Below, in pieces: positions 1 to 12,780 of a DNA stretch of 64,000 nucleotides. The notes below the pieces were generated by a model that was given only the letters and a program-made list of their open reading frames with translations, was not told the origin of the DNA and ran no database searches. The DNA is from Pristiophorus japonicus (taxonomy: Eukaryota): assembly GCF_044704955.1 (NCBI RefSeq), contig NC_091998.1:4960001-5024000 (forward strand), given 5' to 3'. Made by a program: the position numbers and the translations under genes. Position 1 is the stretch's first letter. Each line of letters opens with the position of its first letter.

Positions 1-438
1 ACACTCGATCAGCTTCGCTGGGCAAGCCACATAGTACGCATGCCAGATTCGAGACTCCCGAAGCAAATGCTTTATGCAGAACTCCTTCATGGTAAACGAG
101 CCAAAGGAAGGCAGTGGAAACATTGTAAGGACACCCTCAAAGCCTCCCTGGTAAAGTGCGACATCACCACTGACACCTGGGAGACCCTGGCCGCAGACCG
201 CCCAAGGTGGAGAAAGTCCATCTGGGAGGGCGGTGAGTTCTTCGAGTCTCAACGCAAAGAGCATGAAGAGGCCAAGCGCAGGCAGCGGAAGGAGCGCGCG
301 GCAAACCAGCCCCACCCACCTCTTCCCCCGACGAGTGTCTGTGGCTCTCGTATCGGGCTGTTCAGCCATCAAAGAACTCACTTTGGGAGTGGAAGCAAGT
401 CCTCCTCGATTCCGAGGGACTGCCTCTGATGATGATGA
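1..438 (+). mobile_element. RTE-clade LINE 3' end (ORF2 C-terminus plus (GAT)n tail)
   Basis: Reads QLRWASHIVRMPDSRLPKQMLYAEL...KDTLKASL...TWETLAADRPRWR...SRIGLFSHQRTH, typical of the RTE/BovB-type ORF2 C-terminus. It ends in TGATGATGATGA at ~428-439. Confidence 0.85.
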
Positions 439-1002
439 CCTATGGGTCCAAGAGTTTGCTGCCAGAGTACAGATATCAATATATACGACTGACGGTAACT
501 TCAAGCAACTTTGTCACCATTTTCACTGCAACATCATGTACAGTTCTATCAAATCTCAGATAGTTTCAAAAATCAAATGATTTTTAGTTTTTATTGTTTC
601 TTGTTCATTACCAAGGCCCAGATAGAATATCAAATAGACCTCATATCATACTCGAAAATATACACTTCTGGATAAATGCTGTGTCTAAGAAGCCTGACGA
701 TTACACTGCATTATTCCACACCAAGAGCAAGATGGAATACTCAGTACTGTAAATCACCCATCACGAAGACTGCGTCATGTAATTAAATGAACTGCCATTA
801 CCACTAGCCTCCTATATAAGAGAAAGCAAAAGATTCAAATGAGAAGAAATTCTTGGCCCAAAATATTATTTTAATAAATGTCTTCATTACTAATGTTGAC
901 AAAAGCAAAGCACCAGTGGTACAGGGTATAAATTACCTCCGTACCTTTCAGGACACAATCTCAGCAGTTAGGTGAAATAATGAAGTATTATAAAGCACCA
1001 AC

Positions 1003-1096
1003 CTCACTGCTAAGAGCTGTAAACTTGCACAGGGAGATGATAAGGTTGTCAAACACATCACTCAGTCCATAATGAGCCGAGATCATTGCACATTTC
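1003..1096 (-). CDS. GBF1: GBF1 internal exon (downstream of the Sec7 domain)
   Basis: ttag|G AAA TGT...GAG|gttggt, 94 bp. Encodes (R)[31 protein letters not shown], matching vertebrate GBF1 as I recall it. Phase is compatible with the exon at 1848-2084. Confidence 0.95.
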
Positions 1097-1847
1097 CTAA
1101 ACATGGGAAGAGAGAAAAATGATCACTGCACAGATAGATGAATCAGTCTTTCAAGTTCTAACTATGGAAAAGGTTAAACACAGAGTATGATTTGATCATA
1201 GATTTGAGCCTGAACACTCCGAATGGCACAAGTTCAATGGAATACAAGTTATTAACAATTTCAGTGGACAATGTGGAAATACATACATACTAGGAAACCT
1301 GAATAAATGAGTTCAAGTTAAACGATTTATATGTCTTATTAATAATTTTCAATATTTTCCCTAGTACAGATACATGTCGATCAAACAACTTTCATTCTCA
1401 GAATGCTCGAATAAAACAAAAAGCAAAGCTGAATGACAGAAAAACAGGAGTTCATCTAAATTCTTCTGAATATTCGATTTAAGAGTTACTGATGATGGCA
1501 AACTCTAGAATGTACAATTCGAATCTATGAAGATTCACTACAAGGTTTGGCTGAGCGTGTTATAACTCAAGTATAATCAGTGTGGGATTTGCTTTGTGTT
1601 GCAATAAGGAACAAGGTTGATTAAAGCAAGAGGTGAATCAGAGTGCTTCACTCAGCTGAAGGTCCTCCACAGCATCATACACACAAGAACATCAGCCATC
1701 ACTGCTCCACACCCAATTCAACTGTGACATGTCCTACACACACACTTTTTCCAAATATAAATATCTGTTTTGTACCACAGAGGTCCCTCTTTTACAATAT
1801 GCACTAATTTTAAGGCACACGAGCGATTAACGTTCCATAACTTTTAC

Positions 1848-2084
1848 CTGAAACCGGATATTGCCTTCTGTATTATAGTTTCATCCAAGCTCTTGTCAAA
1901 AACATAGGAAAGCGCAGCTATGGTGGGACCCCAGGTCATGGTGAATAGGTCGTGGTCAAAGCTTCCAGGAGGTACGTGGAGGAAAATGCCTTCTGATGCA
2001 CTCCCACGGTTCAAAAGTACATTCCATATGTAGTTCTCTCTGACAAAACCGGTTTGTTCCTCTGGCATCACAATCTCATCATTC
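1848..2084 (-). CDS. GBF1: GBF1 internal exon
   Basis: ctcag|G AAT GAT...TTC AG|gtaaaa, 237 bp. Encodes NDEIVMPEEQTGFVRENYIWNVLL...DLFTMTWGPTIAALSYVFDKSLDETIIQKAISGFR. Confidence 0.96.
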
Positions 2085-2444
2085 CTGAGGTAAAAAAAAA
2101 ATGGAAATGATTTGAGATATTGTACAAGCACATACAGCAATGTTACGGCACATTTGTCTCTGTAACAATAAGTACATTCAGTTTGAGCCTATTTTATAAT
2201 CTACACTTTATCCTCAATGGTAAAATCATTATTCCAGTGAAATTTTGTAAAGGGAAATTTTGGAGAGGGGAAAAAAATTAGAGAAAAGTTTATTTTGCGA
2301 TTTGTACACAGTATATTAGCTGTATATGTACAGGCAAATTAGGTACAATTAACACTCATCTGGCCCAGATGTAATCCACAAAACGGAAGCAAGGAGCAAC
2401 ATCAAAAATGGTTGTAAAATCTGAAGTCACTGCCAAAATAAGAA

Positions 2445-2770
2445 CTATTTCCACTGGCAAGAGTGTCGGAAACCAGAGGACACAGATTTAAGGTGATTGG
2501 CTAAAGAACCAAAGGTAACATGAGGGAATGTTTTTTTTACACAAGTTGGTGATTTGGAATGCACGGCCGGAAAGGGTGACGAAAATAGATTCAATAGCAA
2601 CTTTCAAAAGGAAATTGGATAAATAAGTCAAAGGAATTTATTTTAATTTTATTTTCTTTACATGGCTATGGGTAAGGAGCAGGGGAGTGGGACTAACTGG
2701 ATCGCTCCACCAAAGAGCTGGCTTAGGCACGATGGGCCGAATGGCCTCCTTCTGTGCTGTATCTTTCTAT
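2445..2770 (+). mobile_element. CR1 LINE 3' fragment (degenerate)
   Basis: ccagaggacacagatttaaggtgattgg...gatgggccgaatggcctccttctgtgctgt...tttctatg is a CR1 3'UTR and tail. Confidence 0.75.
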
Positions 2771-4489
2771 GAAATGCTAATTATTGAAACAAAATTTAGT
2801 TGCCACATTCTGAACATCATTCTGCAACCTTCCAATCCCTTTACAAGTATTTTTTCCTTTTAGTTAGGTGGTTTAATCAACATTAATGAACTGAGGTGAA
2901 TCTATTCGATTTAAAGAAATGTTGGCATTTCATTGGGTTAATGCTCCACCTGGTGTGGTACTGAGCCACACATGCACACCTGGAGTGCACTCACATCAGA
3001 CACCTCGGCAAGGCTTGTTGAGCCTTGGGATCAGCATTTCCTAATAAAAATCAGTCAAGCAAGCCTATATGGTTTCAGTTTTCAGAAACGAATGGAACAA
3101 ATGGCATTCTGAAAACCCTGATTAAAATCCTAGAATCCCCTTAATAACAAGAAGTGAACTTATCCACCAATCACAGACCGATGACCTTGGTTACAGGCCT
3201 ATATTCAGAGCTGTTTTTGAGTTGTTGGTTGTTTGAGTTTTCAAGGTTTTCCTTCAACCTGTCCAGCAGCTTTCCAGGTCAGCATAAGCATATTAACAAC
3301 TTCCAACCTTCAGAGTTACAACACTGGACCAGGTCAAATATTTCATTCATGTGTCCCTTCGTAACAAGAGCGGCTAAAGTTAGAAAGTAATTCATTGGAT
3401 GCAAAGTGCTTTGGGATGCCCGGAGGATGTGATAAGTTGCTATATAAACGCTCAGCACTTTCTTCAGAGTTAATTTTAGAAATGTAAAATGTTCCCATGG
3501 CTCATTAATCTCTGTCGGCGGTACAGATAGAGGATTTTAATAGTAAATGCAAAAGCAAAGTAGCTTTCAATAATTATGAATTGCATGTGTCTCAGATTGA
3601 AACCATCTGAGGCAATAGTATGGACATCCTGCATCTCAGGCACTCTGAGCTCTTAATCTTCAAAGCAACCAATTATACTAAATTAAATCAGGAATATATA
3701 TATTTTTTTACCAAATTTCTAAAATCTTTGCCAAGTTCTTCCTTCCCAAAAACTTTATATATGAATTTATAAACATTGAAGCATCAAAACATACGTACTT
3801 GTGCGAAGCATTTGGTATTTATGACCAAGGTGACATGACAGGAAGGGTAACAATATAAATAGCTTGCAAACATCTAACTGGCTTTTCCAACAGCGTTAAT
3901 ATTACCCAGTTCTATTTTTAAACCACATCACAGCCACCCAGGTTTATGAGGAACATATGAACTAGACCGAATGCCAGCGTCCAAATATTGCTTTAGCTTG
4001 TTACGTGATTATTCATACCCGAGCGGTGGTCTTTCATTTATTAACTGTAGTGATTTGCCCTTGAAGTGAATTAAATAAATTTTTTACATTTCTGGAACAG
4101 GTCACCAATGGGTTCACTCCCACTAACTGTGACTGAACTATCTCTAAGGGCAAAACTTCACTCTTGCCAATTGAAAATCACTATTAGCCACAGAACTGCT
4201 TCTTTGGAGAGTTACTTTATAAGGTTACACCAACAGCTCATAGCGAGTAGATACAGCAAGCAGTGTGGCACTGGGGTCAATAAATCAGGAAATTTCAGCT
4301 TCAATCCCTGGTCTTTGCTTAGTCCTCGCTGATGACGTGATAAGTTGCTAAACAGATGCATATTTTTTGTCAGCTAATTTCAGCCAAGGAGCTGAGGGTG
4401 GTGGGGGTGGGGGGGGGGACAGTTACAACTAGCCTCAATCTCCTCAGGCTCATGGATAATCACACAGGGGCTTCCTGACTCAATCAAAA

Positions 4490-4610
4490 GCTGCAGTATT
4501 GTGGATTCGTCAGTAGGGGCCTGACTGGAGGAGAGCATCACAGCAGGAGCTGCAGTATTGTGGATTCCGCAGGACAATCCCGGCTGGAGGAGAGCATCAC
4601 AGCGGGAGCA
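4490..4610. repeat. ~59-bp tandem duplication (2 copies)
   Basis: gctgcagtattgtggattc...ctggaggagagcatcacagc occurs twice. Confidence 0.75.
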
Positions 4611-4729
4611 GGAGCTCATTCCTGCTGACAAAGGCCCAATCACTACCCGAGAATTTGTTTTAATTTTAAATTTACCTAAATCTGTACTGGGTGTGGGAGC
4701 AACTTGGAGCAACTGACTGACAGACTCTC

Positions 4730-5465
4730 GGGGCAGAAATTGCACACCGCCCAAAACGGGGCGCACCCTTTGTTTTTTTGAAGTTTTTCTCTGCCACAAC
4801 CCATGCGGCGGAGATGCCGTTGATATTTGGCACTTTGAAGTGTTTTTCCGGTCGGGGCAGATGTCGTGGCAGCTGCAGGGCACAAGTGCCCTTGCAGCGG
4901 GTCACCCGCCCCGGCCAGTCACTCGCGCCACACTGACGCGGAACAAAGTCTGTCCCCTTCAGTTAAAGGGGAGGGCCGCTGCGACTTCTGCATACTTTTT
5001 AAGATAGGGTCACTGGGCCACCAGGGCGGGTTTTGGCCGAGCCAGCGGCCTAGCATCTAAGATGGGGTGCCAGGCTGCCAGGGGCATAATTGTTGGGCCA
5101 ACCTGGCAGTTGGCCGACAATAAAAAATAAAATGGCATCGCCAGCATTGCCACCTCCCCTTTAAGGGCGGCCGCCGAACAACAAGTGCACCGACAGAAAA
5201 AGATGTCGGGACACGGATTGGCGATGGTGCCGCTCCTGCGGGGCAATTCTGGGAAGGGGTTGGCGCAGGTCGGTAAGGGGTTGGCGCATGCACGCCGCAG
5301 CAGGAAAACAGGCGGAGCTGTCCTCTACATTGCTGCGACTCTGAGGAAAGGCAATTTAAAACATGATGGCCCCCCCCCGCGGAGAATCGGCTGCCATTCT
5401 GCGCCGTCCGTAGCCATCGCTTTCAGGCGGCCAAAGGCCTTATCGGGAGGGGCAAGTTCGGCCCC
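4730..5465. mobile_element. Putative non-autonomous DNA transposon (TIR-bounded, GC/CpG-rich)
   Basis: The left end GGGGCAGAAATTGCAC resembles the reverse complement of the right end, GGGGCCGAACTTGCCCC. It is a GC-rich island in an AT-rich intron with no coding capacity. No clear TSD. Confidence 0.55.
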
Positions 5466-5863
5466 ACAGAGATAGAACCGGAGGCTGCTAACCGCTCTGG
5501 ACCCGACATCCAGCTGTCAAAGCAAGAAAGCCCCCCACCTCTGGCATACAGCAGGGTCAATGACACCCACCCCACCAGGCCCCAGCAGCCACTGCTAATC
5601 TTCCTCCACCTGAACCTCAAGGCTGTTGCCCTTTAANNNNNNNNNNNNNNNNNNNNNNNNNNNNNNNNNNNNNNNNNNNNNNNNNNNNNNNNNNNNNNNN
5701 NNNNNNNNNNNNNNNNNNNNNNNNNNNNNNNNNNNNNNNNNNNNNNNNNNNNNNNNNNNNNNNNNNNNNNNNNNNNNNNNNNNNNNNNNNNNNNNNNNNN
5801 NNNNNNNNNNNNNNNNNNNNNNNNNNNNNNNNNNNNNNNNNNNNNNNNNNNNNNNNNNNNNNN

Positions 5864-7810
5864 AGGAGGGGCGAAAGGGAGGGAGGGGCGAAGGGGAGGG
5901 AGGGGCGAAAGGGGCGAAAGGGAGGGAGGGGCGAAAGGGAGGGAGGGGCGAAAGGGAGGGAGGGGCGAAAGGGAGGGAGGGGCGAAAGGGAGGGAGGGGC
6001 GAAAGGGAGGGAGGGGCGAAAGGGAGGGAGGGGTGAAAGGGAGGGGAAGAAAGGGAGGGGAAGAAAGGGGGGGAGGAGAGAAAGGGGGGGAGGAGAGAAA
6101 GGGAGGGAGGAGAGAAAGGGAGGGAGGGGAGAAAGGGAGGGAGGGGAGAAAGGGAGGGAGGGGAGAAAGGGAGGGAGGGGAGAAAGGGAGGGAGGGGAGA
6201 AAGGGAGGAAAGGGGAGAAAGGGAGGGAGGGGAGAAAGGGAGGAAAGGGAGAAAGNNNNNNNNNNNNNNNNNNNNNNNNNNNNNNNNNNNNNNNNNNNNN
6301 NNNNNNNNNNNNNNNNNNNNNNNNNNNNNNNNNNNNNNNNNNNNNNNNNNNNNNNNNNNNNNNNNNNNNNNNNNNNNNNNNNNNNNNNNNNNNNNNNNNA
6401 GGGGGGGGAGGGGAGAAAGGGGGGGGGAGGGGAGAAAGGGGGGGGAGGGGAGAAAGGGGGGGAGGGGAGAAAGGGGGGGAGGGGAGAAAGGGGGGGAGGG
6501 GAGAAAGGGGGGGAGGGGAGAAAGGGAGGGGAGAAAGGGAGGGGAGGAGAGAAACGGAGGGGAGGGAGGGAGGGGAGGAGAGAAAGGGAGGGGAGGGAGG
6601 GAGGGGAGGAGAGAAAGGGAGGGGAGGGAGGGAGGGAGGAGAGAAAGGGAGGGTGGGAGGGAGGGAGGAGAGAAAGGGAGGGTGGGAGGGAGGGAGGAGA
6701 GAANNNNNNNNNNNNNNNNNNNNNNNNNNNNNNNNNNNNNNNNNNNNNNNNNNNNNNNNNNNNNNNNNNNNNNNNNNNNNNNNNNNNNNNNNNNNNNNNN
6801 NNNNNNNNNNNNNNNNNNNNNNNNNNNNNNNNNNNNNNNNNNNNNNNNNNNNNNNNNNNNNNNNNNNNNNNNNNNNNNNNNNNNNNNNNNNNNNNNNNNN
6901 NNNNNNNNNNNNNNNNNNNNNNNNNNNNNNNNNNNNNNNNNNNNNNNNNNNNNNNNNNNNNNNNNNNNNNNNNNNNNNNNNNNNNNNNNNNNNNNNNNNN
7001 NNNNNNNNNNNNNNNNNNNNNNNNNNNNNNNNNNNNNNNNNNNNNNNNNNNNNNNNNNNNNNNNNNNNNNNNNNNNNNNNNNNNNNNNNNNNNNNNNNNN
7101 NNNNNNNNNNNNNNNNNNNNNNNNNNNNNNNNNNNNNNNNNNNNNNNNNNNNNNNNNNNNNNNNNNNNNNNNNNNNNNNNNNNNNNNNNNNNNNNNNNNN
7201 NNNNNNNNNNNNNNNNNNNNNNNNNNNNNNNNNNNNNNNNNNNNGAGAGAGGAGAGAAAGGGAGGGAGGGAGGGGAGAAAGGGAGGGAGGGAGGGGAGAA
7301 AGGGAGGGAGGGAGGAGAGAAAGGGGGGAGGGAGGAGAGAAAGGGGGGAGGGAGGAGAGAAAGGGGGGAGGGAGGAGAGAAAGGGGGGAGGGAGGAGAGA
7401 AAGGGGGGAGGGAGGAGAGAAAGGGGGGAGGGAGGAGAGAAAGGGGGGAGGGAGGAGAGAAAGGGGGGAGGGAGGAGAGAAAGGGGGGAGGGAGGAGAGA
7501 AAGGGGGGAGGGAGGAGAGAAAGGGGGGAGGGAGGAGAGAAAGGGGGGAGGGAGGAGAGAAAGGGGGGAGGGAGGAGAGAAAGGGGGGAGGGAGGAGAGA
7601 AATGGGGGAGGGAGGAGAGAAAGGGGGGAGGGAGGAGAGAAAGGGGGGAGGGAGGAGAGAAAGGGGGGAGGGAGGAGAGAAAGGGGGGAGGGAGGAGAGA
7701 AAGGGGGAGGGAGGAGAGAAAGGGAGGGAGGGAGGAGAGAAAGGGGGGAGGGAGGAGAGAAAGGGGGGAGGGAGGAGAGAAAGGGAGGGAGGGAGGAGAG
7801 AAAGGGAGGG
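5864..7810. repeat. Polypurine (G/A) minisatellite tract interrupted by N gaps
   Basis: GGGAGGGAGGGGCGAAA-type units, then a near-perfect 20-bp unit GGAGGAGAGAAAGGGGGGAG (~24 copies, 7311-7800). Gaps at 5637-5863, 6256-6399 and 6704-7243. Confidence 0.95.
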
Positions 7811-7814
7811 AATT

Positions 7815-7932
7815 GACGGCCGCGTTTCCTACATTACAACAGTGACTACACTTCAAAAAAGTACTTCACTTGCTGTGAAGCACTTTGGGAAGGGCGTGAA
7901 AGGCGCTATATAAATGCAAGTCTTTCTTTCTT
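7815..7932 (+). mobile_element. Deu-SINE 3' remnant
   Basis: gccgcgtttcctacattacaacagtgactacacttc...ggcgctatataaatgcaagtctttctttc matches the other SINE copies in the window. Confidence 0.85.
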
Positions 7933-8103
7933 TCATCGTATAAAGTTCACTTCTCAAACATGATTTGGAAATATCCTTTATAAAAGCAACAGAAGATTTT
8001 GCTCATAAGATGCAGCTCACTCTAGATTGCTGCTAAAACTATGGAGGTGGCGAGGCAATTCATAGCTGATTAGAAGTGAAATTTTTAAGTGAAACCAACT
8101 TAC

Positions 8104-8186
8104 TTGATTGCATTATAGATGTCCTCCAACATATCTTGGTCAAAATCTTTAGAACCATTGACTCCTTTTAAATTCTTCTTGAATTG
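8104..8186 (-). CDS. GBF1: GBF1 internal exon (end of the Sec7 domain)
   Basis: acag|CAA TTC AAG...ATC AA|gtaagt, 83 bp. Encodes QFKKNLKGVNGSKDFDQDMLEDIYNAI(K) and splices in frame (AA+G) to 1848-2084. Confidence 0.94.
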
Positions 8187-8754
8187 CTGTAGCAGGAAAA
8201 AAGGTAACAAAACTAAATAAGACCAAAAATCCTTGTTACAATTGCAAGGTAGTTGATATTGTTCCCACTTACCCAAATAACCATTAAAAAAAAGGAATTG
8301 AAGTCACCTTAATGTATTAACATTAAAAATCTATCATTCACTTTCCTTACAATAAACAACATGAAGGACAGGTGTGGTGCTGGTACATGTTTAGCTTTCA
8401 GTTTATTAAACTGAATTCAAGGAATAGGTCAAGCAGGCTATCTGATGAAACACAGCACCATTTTAAGTATGTAAAGGGATTTAAAAGCTTATTTTACAGT
8501 GAACAAGTAATTACTGTTGACTTTGCCTGTCAAAGAAAACATATCTTTCACTTGGAGTTTTATAAGATAGATTTCAATGTTGATTTTAACAACGTTAGTA
8601 AAATTAAAACCTTCTTCGTCTATCCATTAGGATGGAATAGTCATATTATTATTTAATGAAGCAATGATCTTACAGAATTACCACAAATAATTCGAGTCAG
8701 TATGGAGCTCAGAAATTGCATTAAAAGACGTATTTCTTCAAAAGTCCACTCCAT

Positions 8755-8903
8755 TCTTCTTCTGAGGCAGTCTCTCGGAGTCAAGGATGACTTGCATGCA
8801 CACTAAAATGAGTTCTCAGATGACTGATGAGTCCAACGAGGGACCTACAGTCTCGGTCACAGGTGGAGCAGACAGTGGTTAAAGGGACGGATGGGTGGAG
8901 TGC
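8755..8903 (-). mobile_element. Element with an RTE-type 3' tail, truncated by a gap
   Basis: aggcagtctctcggagtcaaggatgacttgc is similar to the reverse complement of the RTE tail at ~395-426, and is preceded by a (TTC)n tail. Confidence 0.55.
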
Positions 8904-9491
8904 NNNNNNNNNNNNNNNNNNNNNNNNNNNNNNNNNNNNNNNNNNNNNNNNNNNNNNNNNNNNNNNNNNNNNNNNNNNNNNNNNNNNNNNNNNNNNNNNN
9001 NNNNNNNNNNNNNNNNNNNNNNNNNNNNNNNNNNNNNNNNNNNNNNNNNNNNNNNNNNNNNNNNNNNNNNNNNNNNNNNNNNNNNNNNNNNNNNNNNNNN
9101 NNNCTCCCTCTCTCTCTCTCCCCCTCCCCGGTCGCTCTCTCTCTCTCTCTCTCCCCCTCCCCGGTCTCTCTCTCTCTCCCNNNNNNNNNNNNNNNNNNNN
9201 NNNNNNNNNNNNNNNNNNNNNNNNNNNNNNNNNNNNNNNNNNNNNNNNNNNNNNNNNNNNNNNNNNNNNNNNNNNNNNNNNNNNNNNNNNNNNNNNNNNN
9301 NNNNNNNNNNNNNNNNNNNNNNNNNNNNNNNNNNNNNNNNNNNNNNNNNNNNNNNNNNNNNNNNNNNNNNNNNNNNNNNNNNNNNNNNNNNNNNNNNNNN
9401 NNNNNNNNNNNNNNNNNNNNNNNNNNNNNNNNNNNNNNNNNNNNNNNNNNNNNNNNNNNNNNNNNNNNNNNNNNNNNNNNNNNNNNNNNNN
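8904..9491. other. Assembly gap region (N runs around a CT-rich islet) separating the GBF1 and SGPL1 segments
   Basis: N runs at 8904-9103 and 9181-9491, with a (CT)n/ccccggt islet between them. Confidence 0.95.
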
Positions 9492-11100
9492 ATTTCCGCC
9501 TCTTTCTCAGAAGGGTGTGAAAATGTCCGTGCAGATAATTACAGCGTATTCTGGGCAAGAGTACTGGGGATGCCCGAGTCACAGTTGCAGGTCGAGGCTG
9601 GAGAGGCAATGAGCTCCATGTGGTTCGTGATTCGATCGCACTTCCAGCTTCCTGATGCACATGTGTGGCCGGGTGGCGTGCGCTTGCGCAAAAAGGGGTG
9701 GAGTCCATGGAGTGCATGCGCCGAAGGGGACATATGTTCGTGCAGATAATCACTCATTTGTTTATACACGTTAACAGGCACTGGAGGGACTCCTGTCAAT
9801 CAGCATCGATTGCCTCTTGAGTCTGGCTGTAAATGGGTCCCATTTAGTCGACACCTGTGGGATCTAAATAAATGATCACTTTCTGTAGGTTGTGTGACAG
9901 TACTAAGGGTTTCCGTGTAAAGAGTATGAACTGTATGGCCTGGAGGAGCTGGTTAAGCTATCTGCCGTGGAGTTGGTTTATTGAGCAGGGGTGGGGCAAT
10001 TTCAGTTGATCTGTAAATAATGCACCGCTGAAAGCAGCTGTCGGCACAGTAACCGAGCGTGCGGTGTCACGGTATGTTGTACGTGTAACATGTACAGCCC
10101 TGCCTTGTGCCGCATTTGGAATAACAACCACTCATTACACCTACTTCGTACAAAAATGAGCATTTCCATACATTTAAGGATGCGTGTAATTTGCATCGCA
10201 TTTGCAAACCATCAGTGTTACATGTGAAGGCGGGGGCAATGACCTTGGGAGGTGTGGGGGCGTGGACAATGGCAGTGGGGGTAGTGGGGTTATATGGGGG
10301 GCATGGACGATAACCTCCGGGGGGGGGGGGGGGGGTGGATGTGACTGATCTCCGAGGGGACGTGGCGGCAATGGCCTGCTGTTTGCCTTTATAATCAATG
10401 GCGCTGGGCTTGAGCATGTAACATTCATGAAACCTGCATCCTGAGTCCAAGGGACATTGGCAGACCCCGCTTTGTGTGGGTCGACTGTGCCAGCTGTTCT
10501 CGGGGGTACAGCGGGGTTGCAGCACAGTCTGCAGCTGACCAAGGGAGAACTCCCCTGCCTCCTGTCGGCTGCTGAGTTAGTCTGAGCAACGAGGATACGA
10601 CTATTCAAGCAGCTCTGTCCTAATGTGCAAGTGTTCGTCAAACTTTGCCACCAGGGCTGCTGGTCCCTCTGCAGATTCTTTCTTCATCCAGTCTCCCTGC
10701 AAGTCCGCAGATACGTTTGAAATGTGTTTACATTTTAAAAAGTCAGCAGTCTTTTTCTATTGAGATTTGGCTTTCGGTGAGGAGGTTTAACGTTCCTCCG
10801 CCCTCGTAAAGTCTGACTGAACATAACTGCAGCACTGGGACCCCTGCAGCATTTCTCAAGGCACAGATTGTACAGTGCGGGGAGCCAAGAGCACAGCCTG
10901 TGGGTTCCTGTCAAGCCCGTATTATATCGGAGCTTGAATAAAAGGGAACTTCTTTCCACCGAATTTGTGCGAACTTTGGGAAAGGGGGAGTTTTAAACAA
11001 ACTTGCATCGATAAGCCCCCGATCATGTCTCAGAAATGCACCGAAGTGCTTCTCCTGCAATTAATTACTTTGAAACCAAACAGTGCAGTGTTCCCTGTGG

Positions 11101-11335
11101 TGAGGGAGTGCCGCACTGTCGGAGGGGCAGTACTGAGGGAGTGCCGCACTGTCGGAGGGGCAGTACTGAGGGAGTGCCGCACTGTCGGAGGGGCAGTACT
11201 GAGGGAGTGCCGCACTGTCGGAGGGGCAGTACTGAGGGAGTGCCGCACTGTCGGAGGGGCAGTACTGAGGGAGTGCCGCACTGTCGGAGGGGCAGTACTG
11301 AGGGAGTGCCGCACTGTCGGAGGGGCAGTACTGAG
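11101..11335 (+). repeat. 33-bp minisatellite, 7 identical copies, inside a SINE fragment
   Basis: Unit TGAGGGAGTGCCGCACTGTCGGAGGGGCAGTAC starts at 11101, 11134 ... 11299. Confidence 0.97.
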
Positions 11336-11393
11336 TTGGATTGTCGTCTTTCAGATGAGGCTGCACTCTCATCTGCCTCATCAGGTGGATGCA

Positions 11394-11860
11394 GAAAGAA
11401 AGGCTTGCATTTATATAGCGCCTTTCACGACCACAGGATGTCCCAAAGCGCTTTGCAGCCAATGAAGTACTTTTGAAGTGTAGTCACTGTTGTAATGTGG
11501 GAAACGCAGCAGCCAATTTGCGCACAGCAAGCTCCCACAAACAGCAATATGATAATGATCAGATAATCTGTTTTTGTTATGTTGATTGAGGGATAAATAT
11601 TGGCCCCAGGACACCGGGGATAACTCCCCTGCTCTTCTTCGAAATAGTGCCATGGGATCTTTTATGTCCACCTGAGAGGGCAGACGGGGCCTCGGTTTAA
11701 CATCTCATCCGAAAGACGGCACCTCCGACAGTGCAGCACTCCCTCAGTACTGCACTGGGAGTGTCAGCCTAGATTTATGTGCTCAGGGCCCTGGAGTGGG
11801 ACTTGAACCCACAACCTCCTGACTCGGGGACGGGAGTCCTGTCCACTGAGCCAGAGCTGA
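11394..11860 (-). mobile_element. tRNA-derived Deu-domain SINE (SacSINE1/AmnSINE1-like), full length
   Basis: On the minus strand: A-box TGGCTCAGTGG, B-box GGTTCAAGTCCC, body gtgctgcactgtcggaggtgccgtctttcggatgag, and an L2-like tail ggcgctatataaatgcaag. The family name is from recollection. Confidence 0.85.
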
Positions 11861-12187
11861 CACACACCGAAGATCCCATGGTAGAACTCGGAGAACAGCA
11901 GTGTCCTGGCCAGTATTTATTGCCTGGTCTTATATCGCATTTGCTGTTTGTGGGATCTTGCTATGCACAAATTAGCTACTACATTCACCGACATAAGTTA
12001 CTGCACGAAGAAACGAACTCACCAGCTGTGAAACGCTTTGCAATTCCTGAGATCATGGTCGTGTAGCTGGAGCTAATGCGTGGTTGAGGGTTTGGAAGAC
12101 TCTGCTTGACTGACACTTTTTGCAATGAATCACCTGCATCAGGCAGGTTGGCGCCTGCCCTCGGTGCAGGCCCTGTGTGGTTTGCTT

Positions 12188-12780
12188 TCATAGAATCATA
12201 GAAATTTACAGCACGGTAGGAGGCCATTTCGGCCCATCGTGTCGAACAGCCGACAAAGAGCTACCCAGCCTAATCCCACTTTCCAGCTCTTGGTCCGTAG
12301 CCCTGCAGGTTACTGCACTTCAGGTGCACATCCAAAAACTTTTTAATATGGTGAGGGTTTCTGCCTCTGCCGCCCTTTCAGGCAGTGAGTTCCAGACCCC
12401 CACCATCCTCTGGGTGAAGAAATTTCCCCTCAAATCCCTTTTAAACCTCCGACCAATTACTTTAAATCTATGCCCCCTGGTTGTTGACCCCTCTGCTAAG
12501 GGAAATAGTTCCTCCCTATCCACTCTATCCAAGCCCTTCATAATTTTACACACCTCAATAAGGTCTCCCCTCAGCCTCCTCTGTTCCAAAGAAAACGACC
12601 CCAGTCTATCCAATCTTTCCTCATCGCTAAAATTCTCCAGTCCAGGCAACATCCTCCTAAATCTCCTCTAGTGCAATCACATCTTTTCTGTTATGTGACC
12701 AGAACTGCATGCAGTACTCCGGCTGTGGCCTAACCAGTGATTTATACAATTTCAAGCATAACCTCCTTGCTCTTTGTATG
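12188..12780 (-). mobile_element. CR1 LINE 3' fragment
   Basis: ORF 12320-12652 (ERLDRLG.FSLEQRRLRGDLIEV.KI...FFTQR.VGVWNSLP) and tail (CTATGATT)n. Confidence 0.92.

Noticed and set aside
5595-7913. Long Pro/Leu/Ser- or Gly/Glu/Arg-rich ORFs (up to 753 aa)
   Set aside because: Artefacts of a stop-free purine repeat plus N gaps.
8827-9753. ORFs of 200-300 aa
   Set aside because: Almost entirely N gap.
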